Source of the DNA: Bugula neritina
Lineage: Eukaryota > Animalia > Bryozoa
Direction of reading: 5' to 3'
DNA: 64,000 nt
Assembly (NCBI GenBank): GCA_964035545.1
Contig: OZ037771.1
Span: 13,267,133 to 13,331,132 of the forward strand
The position numbers were made by a program, and so were the translations under genes. Shown in pieces: positions 1-14,000 of the stretch (the first letter of the stretch is position 1; each line of letters opens with the position of its first letter). The notes under the pieces were generated by a model that was not told where the DNA came from, searched no databases, and saw only the letters and a list, made by a program, of their open reading frames with translations.

Positions 1-333
1 TGTTATACACTGTATTACTACACTCTGTTATACTCTGTATTACTATACTCTGTTATACTCTGTATTACTATACTCTGTTATACTCTGTATTACTATACTC
101 TGTTATACTCTGTATTACTATACTCTGTTATACTCTGTATTACTATACTCTGTTATACTCTGTATTACTATACTCTGTTATACACTGTATTACTACACTC
201 TGTTATACACTGTATTACTACACTCTGTTATACATTGTATTACTATACTCTGTTATACACTGTATTACTATACTCTGTTATACACTGTATTACTATACTC
301 TGTTATACACTGTATTACTATACTCTGTTATAC
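1..333. repeat. 25-bp tandem minisatellite (TGTATTACTATACTCTGTTATACTC)n, intronic
   Basis: About 13 near-identical copies visible from the window start. Confidence 0.95.
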
Positions 334-612
334 ATGGCACAGAGTCTTACTGAATTAACCTAACACAAAGCCATGTGCATAGCAAACACTTATGCTATAA
401 TATAAAAGGGTTCGCTGGTATACTGTGTATTATAATTGATGTAAACAGATTTTTGCCCTCTTATATTGAAGGCCATACATTTGCAGTACATATTTAAACT
501 TTATTTTGTGAAACTAAGTTGTTCAATAATAGCAACTCTCAAAACCTGGTTTTGTGGGTGAAATTTTAAAAATCTTGATTTCTTCATCTTGTTATATTCT
601 CTCGATGCGTAG

Positions 613-1758
613 GCCAACAGTTTAGATCTGGCCACTGACCTCTACACGTACGAGATAGAGTACGACGTGATGGAAGACGACAGCACGGTATGCAAGATGG
701 AGCAGGCATACGCCAAACTTCTTGAGCAGAACACAGCTTTGTCCGAGAAAGTCAACACTCAGGCGCAGAAACTTCACAATCAGGTGAGACGTGAGCTCTC
801 TGAAGTGAAGAGGGAGAAATCTCCCAGTTACACCCCTTAGACTTGAAGAGAAGCACATGCTGCTGATGTCAATGTGTAGAGCACATGTTGTCAGTGTCAA
901 TGTGTAGAGCACATGCTGTTGGTGTCAATGTTTGGTTTGGTTTGGTTTATTTCATTTCATCAAAGGTATTTAATAACACAAGGACATTAGTAAATGCCAA
1001 GGAGGCGATGATGAGGCCCATTGCGCTATAGCCTAGCTAGTCATGCGCGGGCCAACACGAGCTGACAGCGACTCTATCCAGAAAAATACAAAAAAAATAC
1101 AACTATTCTAACAGATAAAGCCTCAACTTCCTCCCAAATTCATTAGGGTTGCTAATTGACCGTAAAGGGATTGTGTTGAGCACATGTTGGTGTCAATGTG
1201 TAGAGCACATGCTGTTGGTGTCAATGTGTAGAGCACATACTGTTGGTGTCAATGTGTAGAGCACATGTCAGTGTCAATGTGTAGAGTATATGCCGTCGGT
1301 GTCAATGTGTAGAGCACATGCTGTTGGTGTTAATGTGTAGAGCACATGTCAGTGTCAATGTGTAGAGCACATGTTGTTGGTGTCAATGTGTAGAGCACAT
1401 GCTGTTGGTGTCAATGTGTAGAGCACATGCTGTCGGTGTCAATGTGTAGAGTACATGCTGTTGGTGTCAATGTGTAGAGCGCATGCTGTCCGTATCAACA
1501 TTGAGTAATTAACAGAGGCTGTACAAATGCTGCTCTTTGTTATAGGAGATAATGATAGATGCCCTACAACAGTCACACACGAAGCTAAGTAAACGAGTCC
1601 GAGACATGGAGCTGGAGAGAGCTAAGCACCTCACTATGATAGATACACTCAAAGAGTTTGTACCTCAACACATGCTTCAGCAATTTACTTCAACCTTTTC
1701 TTCCTGTGGCAGCAGCGCCACCCACAACGGCAGCATTACTCATCAGTCTGTTGGTTAA
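613..1758 (+). CDS. Last two coding exons of a TBC1D1/TBC1D4 (AS160/pollux)-family RabGAP, C-terminal coiled coil; 5' part lies outside the window
   Basis: Exons 613-783 (ANSLDLATDLYTYEIEYDVMEDD...KLHNQ) and 1546-1758 (EIMIDALQQSHTKLSKRVRDMELERAKHL...stop), phase 0 with AG/GT ends. YEIEYDV and MELER resemble the YEVEYHV and LELER segments of the TBC1D1/4 C-terminus as recalled. Confidence 0.75.
855..1495. repeat. ~28-bp tandem minisatellite (GTCAATGTGTAGAGCACATGCTGTTGGT)n, interrupted by an insertion at ~931-1172
   Basis: Copies at ~855-930 and ~1172-1495. Confidence 0.9.
931..1172 (-). mobile_element. 5'-truncated non-LTR retrotransposon 3' end (L2/CR1-like)
   Basis: Minus strand encodes ...PLRSISNPNEFGRKLRLYLLE*, resembling a LINE ORF2 C-terminus, then a GC-rich stem-loop (GGCCCGCGC...GCGCAATGGGCC) and an AATAA(ACCAA)n tail. 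Confidence 0.6.
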
Positions 1759-2834
1759 GATCAAATTGGTGAAAACTTTACCAATTAGTTCGGACAGCAT
1801 ATGTTAATTGTGGTCTTTAATTTTAGTAACTACTGCTGAATCTTCCATCATATGGTGACTCATTATTTTACCCTAGTAACAATATTTTTACACAATGTAA
1901 ATTAATCAAATTTTTTGCTTGACTACTGCTACCCAATTTATATTCTCTTTTGCCATGCACATGCAATGCAATGTACTGTCCCTTGCTCTGGGCAGTGTAC
2001 ATGTACAGATATTATATTTCTTTACCCCCTCCTTCCGATTACTCCATTATTTTTATGACAGGCCCTGAAACATTTGGTTGTGTACGCATTTTCTAGTCAT
2101 GGCTGTTTTGTACTTTACCAAATCAAATCTAAATTACGTTTTGTATAGCTATCTTTTCTTTGAAACTGGCATAATTTCTTTCAAAAAAAGTGGGCAACTC
2201 CTAATCTTCACAAAATTGTGACTATGTCTATACTAGTTGTCGTTTTTGAATAACTGCTTATTTTTGTGCCTACACTGCTTGTGAATTCATACAATCAAAC
2301 TGATTTATGCATATTTTATTAAACTCTAATATTTTCATTGCATTTTAAAAATGATTATTTGAAATACAAGATATATAATGTATAATTTATTATAGTAAAG
2401 TTTAAATAAACTCTAACTGAAAATTACTTATGAATCTTTGATTTGAATAAAACAATCAGTAAGACTCTAATAACTGTGCAATACAATTACATAAGAAAAT
2501 AAATCTCAATATAAATTCTCTACACTAGCTAAGTTTTGAAGAAGATCTTGATAAACGGAAAAGATTGCCTTATTGGACGGATGAATAACATATGTTGGCT
2601 ACTTCCGTGTAAAACTATGTAAGGAGTATAGTGATATGCAACCTGGCTGATGGCGGAATAGACTAGCGTGTAACCTACGTGATATCTATCTAGAACAGAC
2701 TGGCTAACAGATACTTCAGTGTTCAAATAGTAGACCAGAATCTTTAAAATCTCTTTCCAAGGCTAAAACTGCCAAATAAGTGATCAACTCTTAATCTAAA
2801 TACTGCAGAAGATGACTGGATCAGTGAGTCACTA

Positions 2835-4401
2835 TCAGAACTCAAAGTCATCGTCATCGTCACTCCAGTTGACCGTTTCAACGGCATCGTTGATTGGGAA
2901 ATCTTTCTCAATATCATACTGGAAATCAGCGTCTGTTGGCTTTTTATGGTTCTTCAAAAACGTTTCTTCCATTGCGGCTTTTTTTCTAACCAGAGTTTCT
3001 TGGTCAGCCTAAAGAGTAACATACTAGTTGGGAGTAACAGACTAGTAGAGAGTAACATACTAGTAGAGAGTAACACACTAGTAGAGAGTAACACACTAGT
3101 AGAGAGTAACACACTAGTAGAGAGTAACACACTAGTAGAGAGTAACAGACTAGTAGAGAGTAACATACTAGTAGAGAGTAACACACTAGTAGAGAGTAAC
3201 ATACTAGTAGAGAGTAACATACTAGTAGAGAGTAACATACTAGTAGAGAGTAACATACTAGTAGAGAGTAACATACTAGTAGAGAGTAACATACTAGTAG
3301 AGAGTAACATACTAGTAGAGAGTAACATACTAGTAGAGAGTAACATACTAGTAGAGAGTAACACACTAGTAGAGTAACATACTAGTAGAGAGTAACATAC
3401 TAGTAGAGAGTAACACATTAGTAGAGAGTAACAGACTAGTAGAGAGTAACATACTAGTAGAGAGTAACATACTAGTAGAGAGTAACATACTAGTAGAGAG
3501 TAACATACTAGTAGAGAGTAACATACTAGTAGAGAGTAACACACTAGTAGAGTAACATACTAGTAGAGAGTAACACACTAGTAGAGAGTAACATACTAGT
3601 AGAGAGTAACATACCAGTTAAGGTGTATAATAGTAGACACAGTGTAGCAGAGCACATTACTTGTACCCTACTGCACTGTACTCTCTAACAACCAAGTTTT
3701 GGCTTGTACCTTATTTAAATCCTCATTGGGGTCAATGGTATCTAGATTTTTACTCCTGGTGATACTTTCGTCCAATGACAAACCATTTAAATTATCCTTT
3801 ATAAATGTCAACATCTTCATTAGCTGCAGCTTAGACAGTTGGCTGATGAATCTACATATAAAATAAAATATATATTACAGCATTGTCAGCAGTCACATGC
3901 AGGTATCATGAACAGGCATTAATGATGGCAACCAATAGTTTACGCATTGAGCAGCTGTAAATATATTTTTATCATATTACAAAACACCGCCAGGACGTAA
4001 CATACATGAGGCTTTGCGCAGTGCACTTTTCAGCAGGTATGTTAGAGGTCACTACCAGTGAAGCATGCATGCACTTGATTCGAAACTGATCAAGCTTTCA
4101 AAACATTAGCTGAACCTTCAGTAACCATTTTTAGGACAATAATTATTGTAAAGATGTCTTGTTATTGCAGAATGTGACTTTCATAGCTACCACATCTACC
4201 ACTTGGTATACAGACAGTTCTTTACCGGGAATGCTGCTTTAGGCATCTCATTTCTGAAGCTAAGTTTTCGATGTCACTATCTTTGTTAATGTTTCTCACA
4301 GGAATGCAACGTCTTCGGATAGATGAATCTTCGGAATATGTCATAACCAGTGCAGCTGGTCTAAACTTCACCCCAACTTTTCTCACAGTTAATGTTTCCA
4401 T
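2835..4401 (-). CDS. CEP19: Centrosomal protein of 19 kDa, 3 coding exons, 163 aa
   Basis: Exons 4401-4226, 3851-3710, 3008-2835 join in phase: METLTVRKVGVKFRPAALVMTY...RRRCIPVRN...TIDPNEDLNK...KKPTDADFQYDIEKDFP...WSDDDDDFEF*. Matches recalled CEP19 hallmarks (GIRFQPPA, IDPEEDLNK, FVYDIEVEF). Confidence 0.95.
3014..3615. repeat. 18-bp tandem minisatellite (GAGTAACATACTAGTAGA)n in the last CEP19 intron
   Basis: About 33 copies; abuts the 3' splice site at 3009-3010. Confidence 0.97.
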
Positions 4402-5399
4402 CTTAATTTTTGAAAGAGAAATCACAGTCATGATTTAGTAAAGCATGGAGTCTAATATTCGCTCATGCAGTGAAAGGCATCAAATTTCATGCAGATAACT
4501 GATTTTTTAGTCTTAAGGACACAGTAATAAGGAGCTAACCTTATTATATGATAACTGCTATTCCGCAATAAAACCAAATACTTGAAGATAAAAAATATAA
4601 CTATAAGTTTTTTCAGAAGATACTGAAAAAACATGATCCTATTATTATTTTTCAAGAACAAAAGCTAACAGCTATGTCACATTTCCTAACAATTATATTA
4701 ATTCTCATCATGATATAATAAACTTTCAAACCATTATGATTATACTTACAGCAAGTACGGCCATATGCCTGTGTTAAAGCTCATACATTAATTCATGTCA
4801 ATATTATGATTGTTCTTTAACCTTTTTTTTTACAAAAATATGATTATATTAAAAGTAATACTGTTACTATATAGTAATAATGACAATATCAATATATACT
4901 TATTATCACAGATGTGCCATGCTCACTTACTAATAATTGCTCTTAGATTGCTAGATTTCGAGTAACCATAAAGTTTATACAAGTTACCAAGTTACTTCTC
5001 ATTATAGTTTCATCTCAGTTAGACACTATTTTTTTATTTTGGTACTATATATAGTAATACTAATATACATTTATATATTTATATAACTGTTGTATTGATT
5101 GCTAAATAGCTAATAGGCTAATAGCTATAATAGCTAACATGAATTATCTGAAATAATATTTCAGATTTCACGGATTTGTGCGGGACAAAAAACAGACATT
5201 ATCTTTATTGAATACTTATTAACTAAATATATTTTCAAACAACAAGAAGTATAAAATATGCAAAATTAATAAGTTGATGCAGATCAAAGAAATTTATCTA
5301 TGTGCTAAATAATAAACAATTGATCCAAGTTTATTTAAATTTAAATATTATTGAAAAAGTTCAAAATAAAGCATTGTGTTTTATTTTTTCTATAAGATC

Positions 5400-5720
5400 A
5401 TAAGTAAGCTACAGCAATCTGTGAGAAGCCACAGGAATTAAATCCATGAAAGACCGTCGAAAAGAATTGCGACAAAAACTATTTTTCAAATGTATAAAAA
5501 ATAATTTAATAAATCAAGGATATGTCGCTCCACAACCTCCAATTAATACCAGAGAACACTTGAAGTTTCTCTTGCCTGCAATATCTTCAAAAGTATATTT
5601 TCACTCTTTTTATCCTCGAACTACTAGAGAGTTGAGAGATGGAATTTAGACTAGAGTGTTGGTTTTTAAATTTTTTTACTTACATTTTACTACGAAACCC
5701 TATAACTAAAAAAAAAGAAA
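5400..5720 (+). mobile_element. Degraded LINE ORF2 3' fragment
   Basis: ORF 5446-5649 reads DRRKELR...TREHLKFLLPAISSKVYFHSFYPRTTRE, resembling the RR...TR...P...Y..SFFPRT.R motif at non-LTR RT C-termini; A-rich run follows near 5708. Confidence 0.6.
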
Positions 5721-8026
5721 ATAAAATAAATGAACGATCTAATATAAAAAAAGAGTATATACGTATTATATGCATATATTATGTATATGCATATATCGAG
5801 TTCCCATGCATTCACCCTCCAGGGGTTCTTAGTGGGAAACTCCCCCAAACTGAAACTGAAATATATTTCAATAATATTCAAATAAATTGTACATAAAATA
5901 TATATTGTACCAAAATAAATAAATAGCGTCTAACTGGGGTGACACCATTACTATTAGTAATTACTGATAATTCATTACATACTACTCATTAGACTTAGTG
6001 TTATAACTATTACTATAACAATTACAGTTACTATTAGTAATACTATTACTTATAGTTATACTAAGTATAATAGACAATAGTATTAAATTTATCATGGTAA
6101 TTATTATAATTTTTACAACTGTTGCATAACCTTATAATTATACTTTATACTTGTAATAATTTATTAAACAACAAATATAATAGTATTAAATTTACTATAA
6201 GTATAGGTATAAAATTAAATGTTTGTTTATTAAATTTATCAACACTTATTTTTAATTTTATCTTATGATTTAATTTCATATCTTAAACTTGAAGTTGATT
6301 ATTAATTTTGTAATAATTATAATACCAATACTTACACTAATACTAATAATGTTAATTTTAAATTAGCACATACAAAAAATCAATCTTATATATTAATATT
6401 CATATTTTTGATGATGATAATGAATAATGATTATCAATACCATTATGATTATGATCAATCATTATGATAATCATAATGATAACTTATAGTTATATCAATC
6501 ATGTTAATCATTACTACGTCTATAATAATAATGATAATCAATATGATATCAATATCATTACCATCATTCAACTTCATCACATTCTGATTCTGTTTCACTT
6601 GAAGTTGACATGAACTTGAAGAACAAAAACACTAATGACTAAAGGCAAAGTCAGAGGACGAGGTGAGAGGGGTACGCTTGATACGCTTGTTGTGGTTATT
6701 TTGTTAAAAACAGCCTGTTTTTTACAGTTAAAAGTTTATATATTTCGATGAAGTTGTCAGGAAATGACCGCAATTCTCTCTAAGTAAATTAATAAAAACT
6801 ATTAAATTAGTAAAGCTAGTAAAACTAAAACTAAGTATTAATGATTAATCTAATCACTAATTTACTAATCTTTGTTTATGCCGGATGTAGAATGTACGTT
6901 GTCAATAATGCTCCTAGAAGTTTTTTTTATGTAAATGACAATACTCCTAAACATGTTTTGAAGTACGTTTTATTAATAAAAAAATTTAAATTTTTATTTT
7001 TTAAAGAGTTTCAACAATAAAAAATTACTCTCAGTACTTTCAACTAATTATTTGACTTTTGTTAAAAAGGTCTAGAGAGGTCGCTTCGCAAACATGGTGG
7101 TCAAGGGACCTTTTTTGCATGTTGAGTGTTGTTAGCTAAAATAAAAAGACAATTGTGGTAGTGTAGATTTGGTTTATACAGCTATTAGATTTCTTGCAAG
7201 AAATAGAAACATCAATTTTTGCCTCAAAGGTAATTATTTTATTTATTTTTACAGAAGGAAGCTGGCGCGAGTCACATTAATTGAAATGTTCAATTCAAAT
7301 TTAACATAAAATTAAAAGTTTTGAAAATAAATAAAGCTGAAATTCTAATAAATTGAAGTTCACTCGTATTTCAAATGTTTAATACTTGATTTTTGGTTAT
7401 GTTTCTTATTAGATCTCATGCATGTTTACTTGAAATAAGAATTTTCGTAGTAGTATACGTGGGACTTAATAGTAAAGTTATTGTATCTATTTCTAAAAGT
7501 AAAAGTAAATTCAAATTGATTTTAAAATTCATTCGGATTCTCACAGGGAATGTAACGGTCTCTTACAGTTGCTCTCAATTATATTCATATCAATATTGTT
7601 TTTGTTTGTCATTTGCTTCAAAATTGATAGACAGTTTCATTTTATAAATTGTATTTGTAATAATTAAATGACATAATTTATGATTCACTATTTTCAGTTT
7701 GTCAGTGTTACATCATTCAACTTTGACGTCTTTATAGACAAAGTATTATTACACCTTTATAGCACATGTTTTTCATCAACTGTTAGCTTTAGAAAATTGT
7801 GTTAAATCTGTTGCTATAAGGTAGTTTGATTGCTTTAGTTGGTGAGATGCATCAGTTTATCTTTCTGCTTTACAGTTCTTCAATGGCAACTAGGCAGGCC
7901 AGATTTGTTGGTACAAAATAGAAATCTGTCAAATAAAGAGTCATTGCATACAGTTTAGCCAATTGAATTTTATTATCGCCATCCTTCACTGACCAGCATT
8001 GAGTGGCAGTACCTTCTCTATTAATC

Positions 8027-11000
8027 ATGTCTGGTACTCAATGGCCACGGGTGCTAGACATGACTGAGGATGACTCAAAGAAGGCCTTACGGAGCATAGA
8101 ACTTGTAGCTTACTCATCTGTTGTCTCAGCATTTAGAGCTCAAGGCGATCTTACTGACCAGAAGAATAAATTACTTACGCATCTACGGGAGTTGTTAGGG
8201 TAGTTATCTTATCTAGTTTCTCACTGGAGTTCAATCAGTGACTTTTTCAAAGGCTTCTTTACTGACATATTCAGTTTGTTCATGCAGTCTATCTATATAG
8301 GGTAAAACAACTTTTTTTGGCTATTAAATATTTGACTTTATTTTAGTTCTTGTTTCAACAATAAATCAACTCTTTACATAAATAATTTATCAACTAACAA
8401 TGAGTTTGCATCTTGTAGGATTTCTGGAGACAGACACAGGGCTGAGGTTCGCCGCTCAGTCAATGATGAGAAACTATCCACTATTGCATTCCAGTGAGCT
8501 CTACTCTCTCTCTGTTGATTTACTCTCTAGAATTAGTGTCATTTGTCTTTTCAGCTAGTTAGGAATAATCACTTATAATATTTCATGATGCATGAAATAA
8601 AAATAAGGTCCATGATTGGAATGCACTAAATAGCTAAGAAAATGTTTAATGTTTTATCAATATGAACACGCCGTCCTAACAAGACCTGTCTTACTTTTTT
8701 TTGTAATGGTAAATATCCATAGAACCATTAAATGGCTCTTTTACATTGAATCTGAAAATTTTTTGTTGTTTTGTACTTGTTAATAGAAAATTTTTTGATT
8801 CATTCATACTACCCAACATTCAGCTGAGTGTGCTGCAAGAATGAGTTATTGAAAGGCAGGTGTATCAGAAATGATATTAATTACACCCTCAAATGATGTC
8901 TCTAGCGGGCATTTTCATCCTATTACATCATAGATTTTACGTTTACAGGCCTCGTACATTTTCATCAAATTTTGTCTAGTTTTTTACGAGAAAGTTTGAA
9001 GTAGCAGAACATCTTTCAACATTTTCACGTGTTTTCTAGTCTGACTGGCCAAAGCCATGAAGGGCAGTGGATAGTTGAGGGGCGTCGACTAGCCCCCCTA
9101 TCTGAACGACTGACCCTTCACACGGCATACTCTAGTCTAGCTCAGCAATCGGCAAATGTGCAGGTAGGAACATATCATATAGCATATTTTATACGACAAC
9201 AGTAAACTCAAATGGTTGTCTGTATTTGAATTTGATAAGTTTAAAGATACTCTCTACATGCTCCTCTCACTAATACCTCTCTCACTAGTGCCCCTCCCTC
9301 TATGTACTCTCTTACCAGTACCCTCTCACTAGTACCCTCTCACTAGTATCCTCTCACTAATCCCCCTCTCACTAGTATCCTCTCACTAGTACACTCACTA
9401 GTGCCCCTCTCACTATTGCCTCTCCCTCTATGTACCCTCTCACTAGTACCCCTGTTACTAGTTGCCCTGTGTAGTATCATATATATACTTAAACATTTGA
9501 ATTTGTCTTCTCTGTATTCCAGGCGAATAAGAATGCATTGTTGCCACAGCCTAGCCTCACGGGTAACAAGGAACAGATGGCAAAGCCGGGCATCCTCTCC
9601 AACCCACCCGCAGTCCCACAGCCCATGACACCCGCCAACACAACCTCTAGTATAATCTCACCAGCTCTCTCTTCCAACTGCGCCTCAGGCACCCCGTCTG
9701 CTCCTGTCACCAAGTTCAGCCGATCTCGCAGTCCCAACACTAACATTGTGCTGCTACCCAGTGGCACTTCTATACATATCAAAGGTAGTGTAGACAGCTT
9801 GTCGAATATGTGTATACAGTGTGTGTAGACCAAGTGTAGAGGGAGTGTAGACAGTGTATAGACTAAGTGTAGACAGTTTGTATAGACTATATATAGATAG
9901 TGTATAGACTATATATAGACAGTGTATAGACTAAATGTAGACAGTTTGTATATACTATATATAGACAGTGCATAGACTAAATGTAAACAGTTTGTAGAAT
10001 ATATATAGACAGTGTACTTCGTGTAAATGTAAAGATGATTTGCATAAACTCATACCACTGAGCTCTCGCTCTATTCAAGATTATTCAGAAGGTTGTAAAT
10101 GATTACTTAAGTGTATGTGACTGAAAGCTGTTTGTAGAAGTCACTGCCATGTGAATAGAGTGTATGCTCTATACCGAACACCTGGAGGCTTGATCTTTCT
10201 CTCTGAGTGTAGAAATCGTTCAACTCTACTAATCGCTCTGTTAGTCAATATAGTTTGTGGCCATCAGTTTAAGTGCAAGTTCTCGTCTGTAGGAGGACTG
10301 AATCTAGATGAAGACGAGGATATCACCGGTGCAAAGAGAAGGCGAATCGCATCGACTGACGCAGTCGTAGCGACGAGCAAGCAGATAGTCGGCCGAGGTG
10401 GGCAGATAACTCCTATGAAGCTGACTCTCAGTAAGGCCAGCTCGACGTCTGCGGGGGCTCAGCAGAAGGTGGGAAGTTTACAGTATTACTATAGTGTAAT
10501 ACAGTATTACTATAGTATAATACAGTATTACTATAGTATAGTACAGTATTACTATAGTATAGTACAGTATTACTATAGTATAGTACAGTATTACTATAGT
10601 ATAGTACAGTATTACTATAGTATAATACAGTATTACTATAGTGTAATACTGTATTATACTATAGTATAATACCGTATTACTATAGTATAGTACGGTATTA
10701 CTATAGTATAATACAGTATTACTATAGTGTAATACAGTATTACTATAGTATAGTACAGTATTACTATAGTATAGTACAGTATTACTATAGTATAGTACAG
10801 TATTACTATAGTATAGTACAGTATTACTATAGTATAATACAGTATTACTATAGTGTAATACTGTATTATACTATAGTATAATACCGTATTACTATAGTAT
10901 AGTACGGTATTACTATAGTATAATACAGTATTACTATGATGTATAATACAGTATTACTATGATGTATTGTGTAGTGTCTTGTTGATATGATATAGTAAGT

Positions 11001-14000
11001 TGTGTGTAGGTATGATATTGCTATAGTATAGCACAGCACTAACACACTGTAACATCGTATTACCCTGGTATATTACTTTATTACACTGGTATATTACTGT
11101 ATTACACTGGTATATTACTGTATTACACTGGTGTATTACTAATAATACTGCAGGTATTACTGGTACAGTCCCCCAGCACTCAGAAGTCATCTGTGACTCT
11201 CACCAGTTCTTCCATAACCACTACAGTCACTACTACTAAGACCACCGTACCCATAGTCAAGTCCATCACTCCTGCTTCGTCTCACTCCCCTATCGTATAT
11301 CCTCTCACTTCTTCGACTAGTTCCACTCTGCACACTGAGTCCTCAGTCAGTACAGGTAAGTCACACCGCAGACGCACAGACAGATGTAGGTACCTACACA
11401 GTCACTCATACTTTTTGGTGTTGAAAACTCAGAAAATAATTGAATTTCTTAGAATTTGAGTATTTATATTTCAGCATGTAAATATTGTATGTGACTTGTG
11501 TGTGTATATCACAGCTGATACGGTTGTAGGGCCGCGTATTCACACCCAGCAAGCTCTCACAATACAGAAACCCCGCACCAAGGCTACTATCACCACCTCT
11601 CTCTCCCCGGCCAGACTTCCCGGACACAAAACTCCCATCACAGTGAGTCGTCATGGAGTGGTACTTCCTGTACCGGTAGAACCTGCTAGCCCCGGCATTG
11701 CCACGGCACGCACGGGTGTTCACGTCAAACAAGAGGGGGGTAAGTTACTTCCACAGCGTCACAAACCTACTAGTGGTTGAGTCTAAGTTCGAGAGAACTG
11801 AATAGGCGGGAATCGTGTTGTCACGTAACCTGTTGTTTTGATTGCAATCGTATTAAACAGTTTGCTGCGCATGTTTTATCTGTCAAGTAAAAGTAAAAAG
11901 TTGTCATTTCTTGTACTCAGACTACTTCCACACTTTCTCAGACTACTTCTTCTCTATGACTATCCCGTAGGGCTAGTCTATGCATGTGTTCTGTTGAGTC
12001 AGCCGTGAGATGCTGACTAGCATGTGTTGACAGCTGATGTGAATATGTAATCTAGAACATTCTATACAACTGTCTGTTATGTAACTTATGTGGTTGCAGC
12101 AATGAAAATCATCACATCTAGTAACAGCAAGCTACTGCCGAAGCCAAACTATGCTGTCAGCTCGTCCGTAGTGGTGGTAACGTCAGCGGTGTCCAGCAAC
12201 ACGCTGGCTGCACCCCAGAGGAACACAGTCATCACCCGTCCCGGCAGCACCGCCGCCGTGGCCATCAACAATAACAAAGTCATCAGCATACACACCGGAG
12301 GGAAGGTTCTTAGCAGCGGCCACGTCTCATCGGCGAATACCCTGAAAACTCACAAGTCTCCTGGATCCACCACTACTTACAGGGGTGTGAGTCTCACTAG
12401 TACCTCCACCACTGCCAGCACTTCTGGTAAGGCCGGTGAGTTGTTTTCCATGTCAATAACTTCTAAGTGGTTTTGTCATGTGCCTGTTCTTCTGTATCCT
12501 AACAGGTGGTGGATAAAGTCACAGGTGGTGTAACGGGATGTTGTGTCACTTGTTAATATCAACTCTATGACTGTTTACAGCTAGCGTGTCCTTTGCAGGG
12601 AGTGTGGTGATAGTACAGCAACCTGGTCAGGTGATGCGAGGGGGCAACTTCAAGCCTAGCAGGCAAATCATATCTACTGTGAGCAATCCACCACTGGAGA
12701 AGGAGGTGGTCGGTCTGATGCAGAAGCAGGGGGTGTCCCTAGACACCAACAGTCTGGTGAAAACTATCACTAAAGCTACTTCTCTGCCCACGACTATAAA
12801 GACTATCACTGCCAGCCCCGTGGGTGTTGGTGTGAAGGTAATCTGTCTGTCTGTGTGTCTGTCTGTATATCTCTCTGTCTGTGTGTCTGTTAGTCTTGAG
12901 TAAGTTACACTGTATGGTATCTCTCTCTTACACTTACAGAGTACCGACTCTTACAAAGTAAAGACCGACGGGAAAGTCATGTCACCGTACATAAATCAGC
13001 TGCAGCAGAGCGTATCCAGCCAGTCACACAGTCACATCATTGTGACATCACTTCCTTCCACTCAGACGCTGCCGTCGCCGTCTCCCGGCAGCAGCAAGTC
13101 TAGCACCTCCCCATCTCAGCACGGCACAGGTATTATATATACTGTATTATATACTATGTTATATATACTGTATTGTATATACTGTATTATATACTATATT
13201 ATAAACACTGTAATATATTCTGTATTATATATGCTGTATTATATACTCTGTATTGTATACTCTGTATTATATATACTGTATTATATACTTTGTATTATAT
13301 ATACTGTATTATATACAAACGGCAGGGTGTTATGAGGCTGTTTCTTTTGTCAGATGACCAGTGACATTAAACATCTCATTCGCCCTGTGCAGCCAATCAA
13401 ATTCACTCACATTTGTTCTTGTGTTTGCTAAGCTGACGTGTCTGTTGTTTCTATGGTAACGTTTTCTTTCTGACTGTTGCAGCTGCCAAAACTATTCCTA
13501 GCTCCACCCTTTGGCTCCAATCTTCCAGCTACCCCCTGTATACTACGGTTGACAGTGAGTACCCTTCCCAGCGTGCCCCAGCGCTCTCTGGAACTCAGAC
13601 TACGTTGGCGACCGGTAAACCAGTCACCACCTCCACGTCAAGCGTATCCACTTCTGAGTCTGTTACCACCGTCCCCCCTAAGATGGGTGAGTTTTGATTT
13701 AGTATAGTAACTAGTCACTCTAACTACTAACTCTCTAGTACTAACTACTAACTCACTAGTACTAATTACTAACTCTAGTACTAACTACTAACTCTCCAGT
13801 ACTAACTACTAACTCTCTAGTACTAACTACTAACTCACTAGTACTAATTACTAACTCTCTGATACTAACTACTAACTCTCTAATACTAACTACTAACTCT
13901 CTAATACTAACTCTCTAATACTTACTACTAACTCTCTAGTACTAACTACTAACTCTCTAGTACTTACTACTAACTCTCTAGTACTTACTACTAACTCTCT

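Noticed and set aside
622-912. 96-aa minus-strand ORF
   Set aside because: Antisense to the TBC1D exon and starts inside a satellite.
855-1495. CRISPR-like ~28-bp repeats
   Set aside because: Head-to-tail copies with no unique spacers, no cas genes, and a eukaryotic intron context.
2946-3578. ORFs with (VESNIL)n, (LLSTSM)n and (CYSLLV)n
   Set aside because: Translations of the 18-bp satellite in the CEP19 intron.
5446-5649. 67-aa ORF as a host gene
   Set aside because: Better explained as a LINE ORF2 C-terminal remnant.
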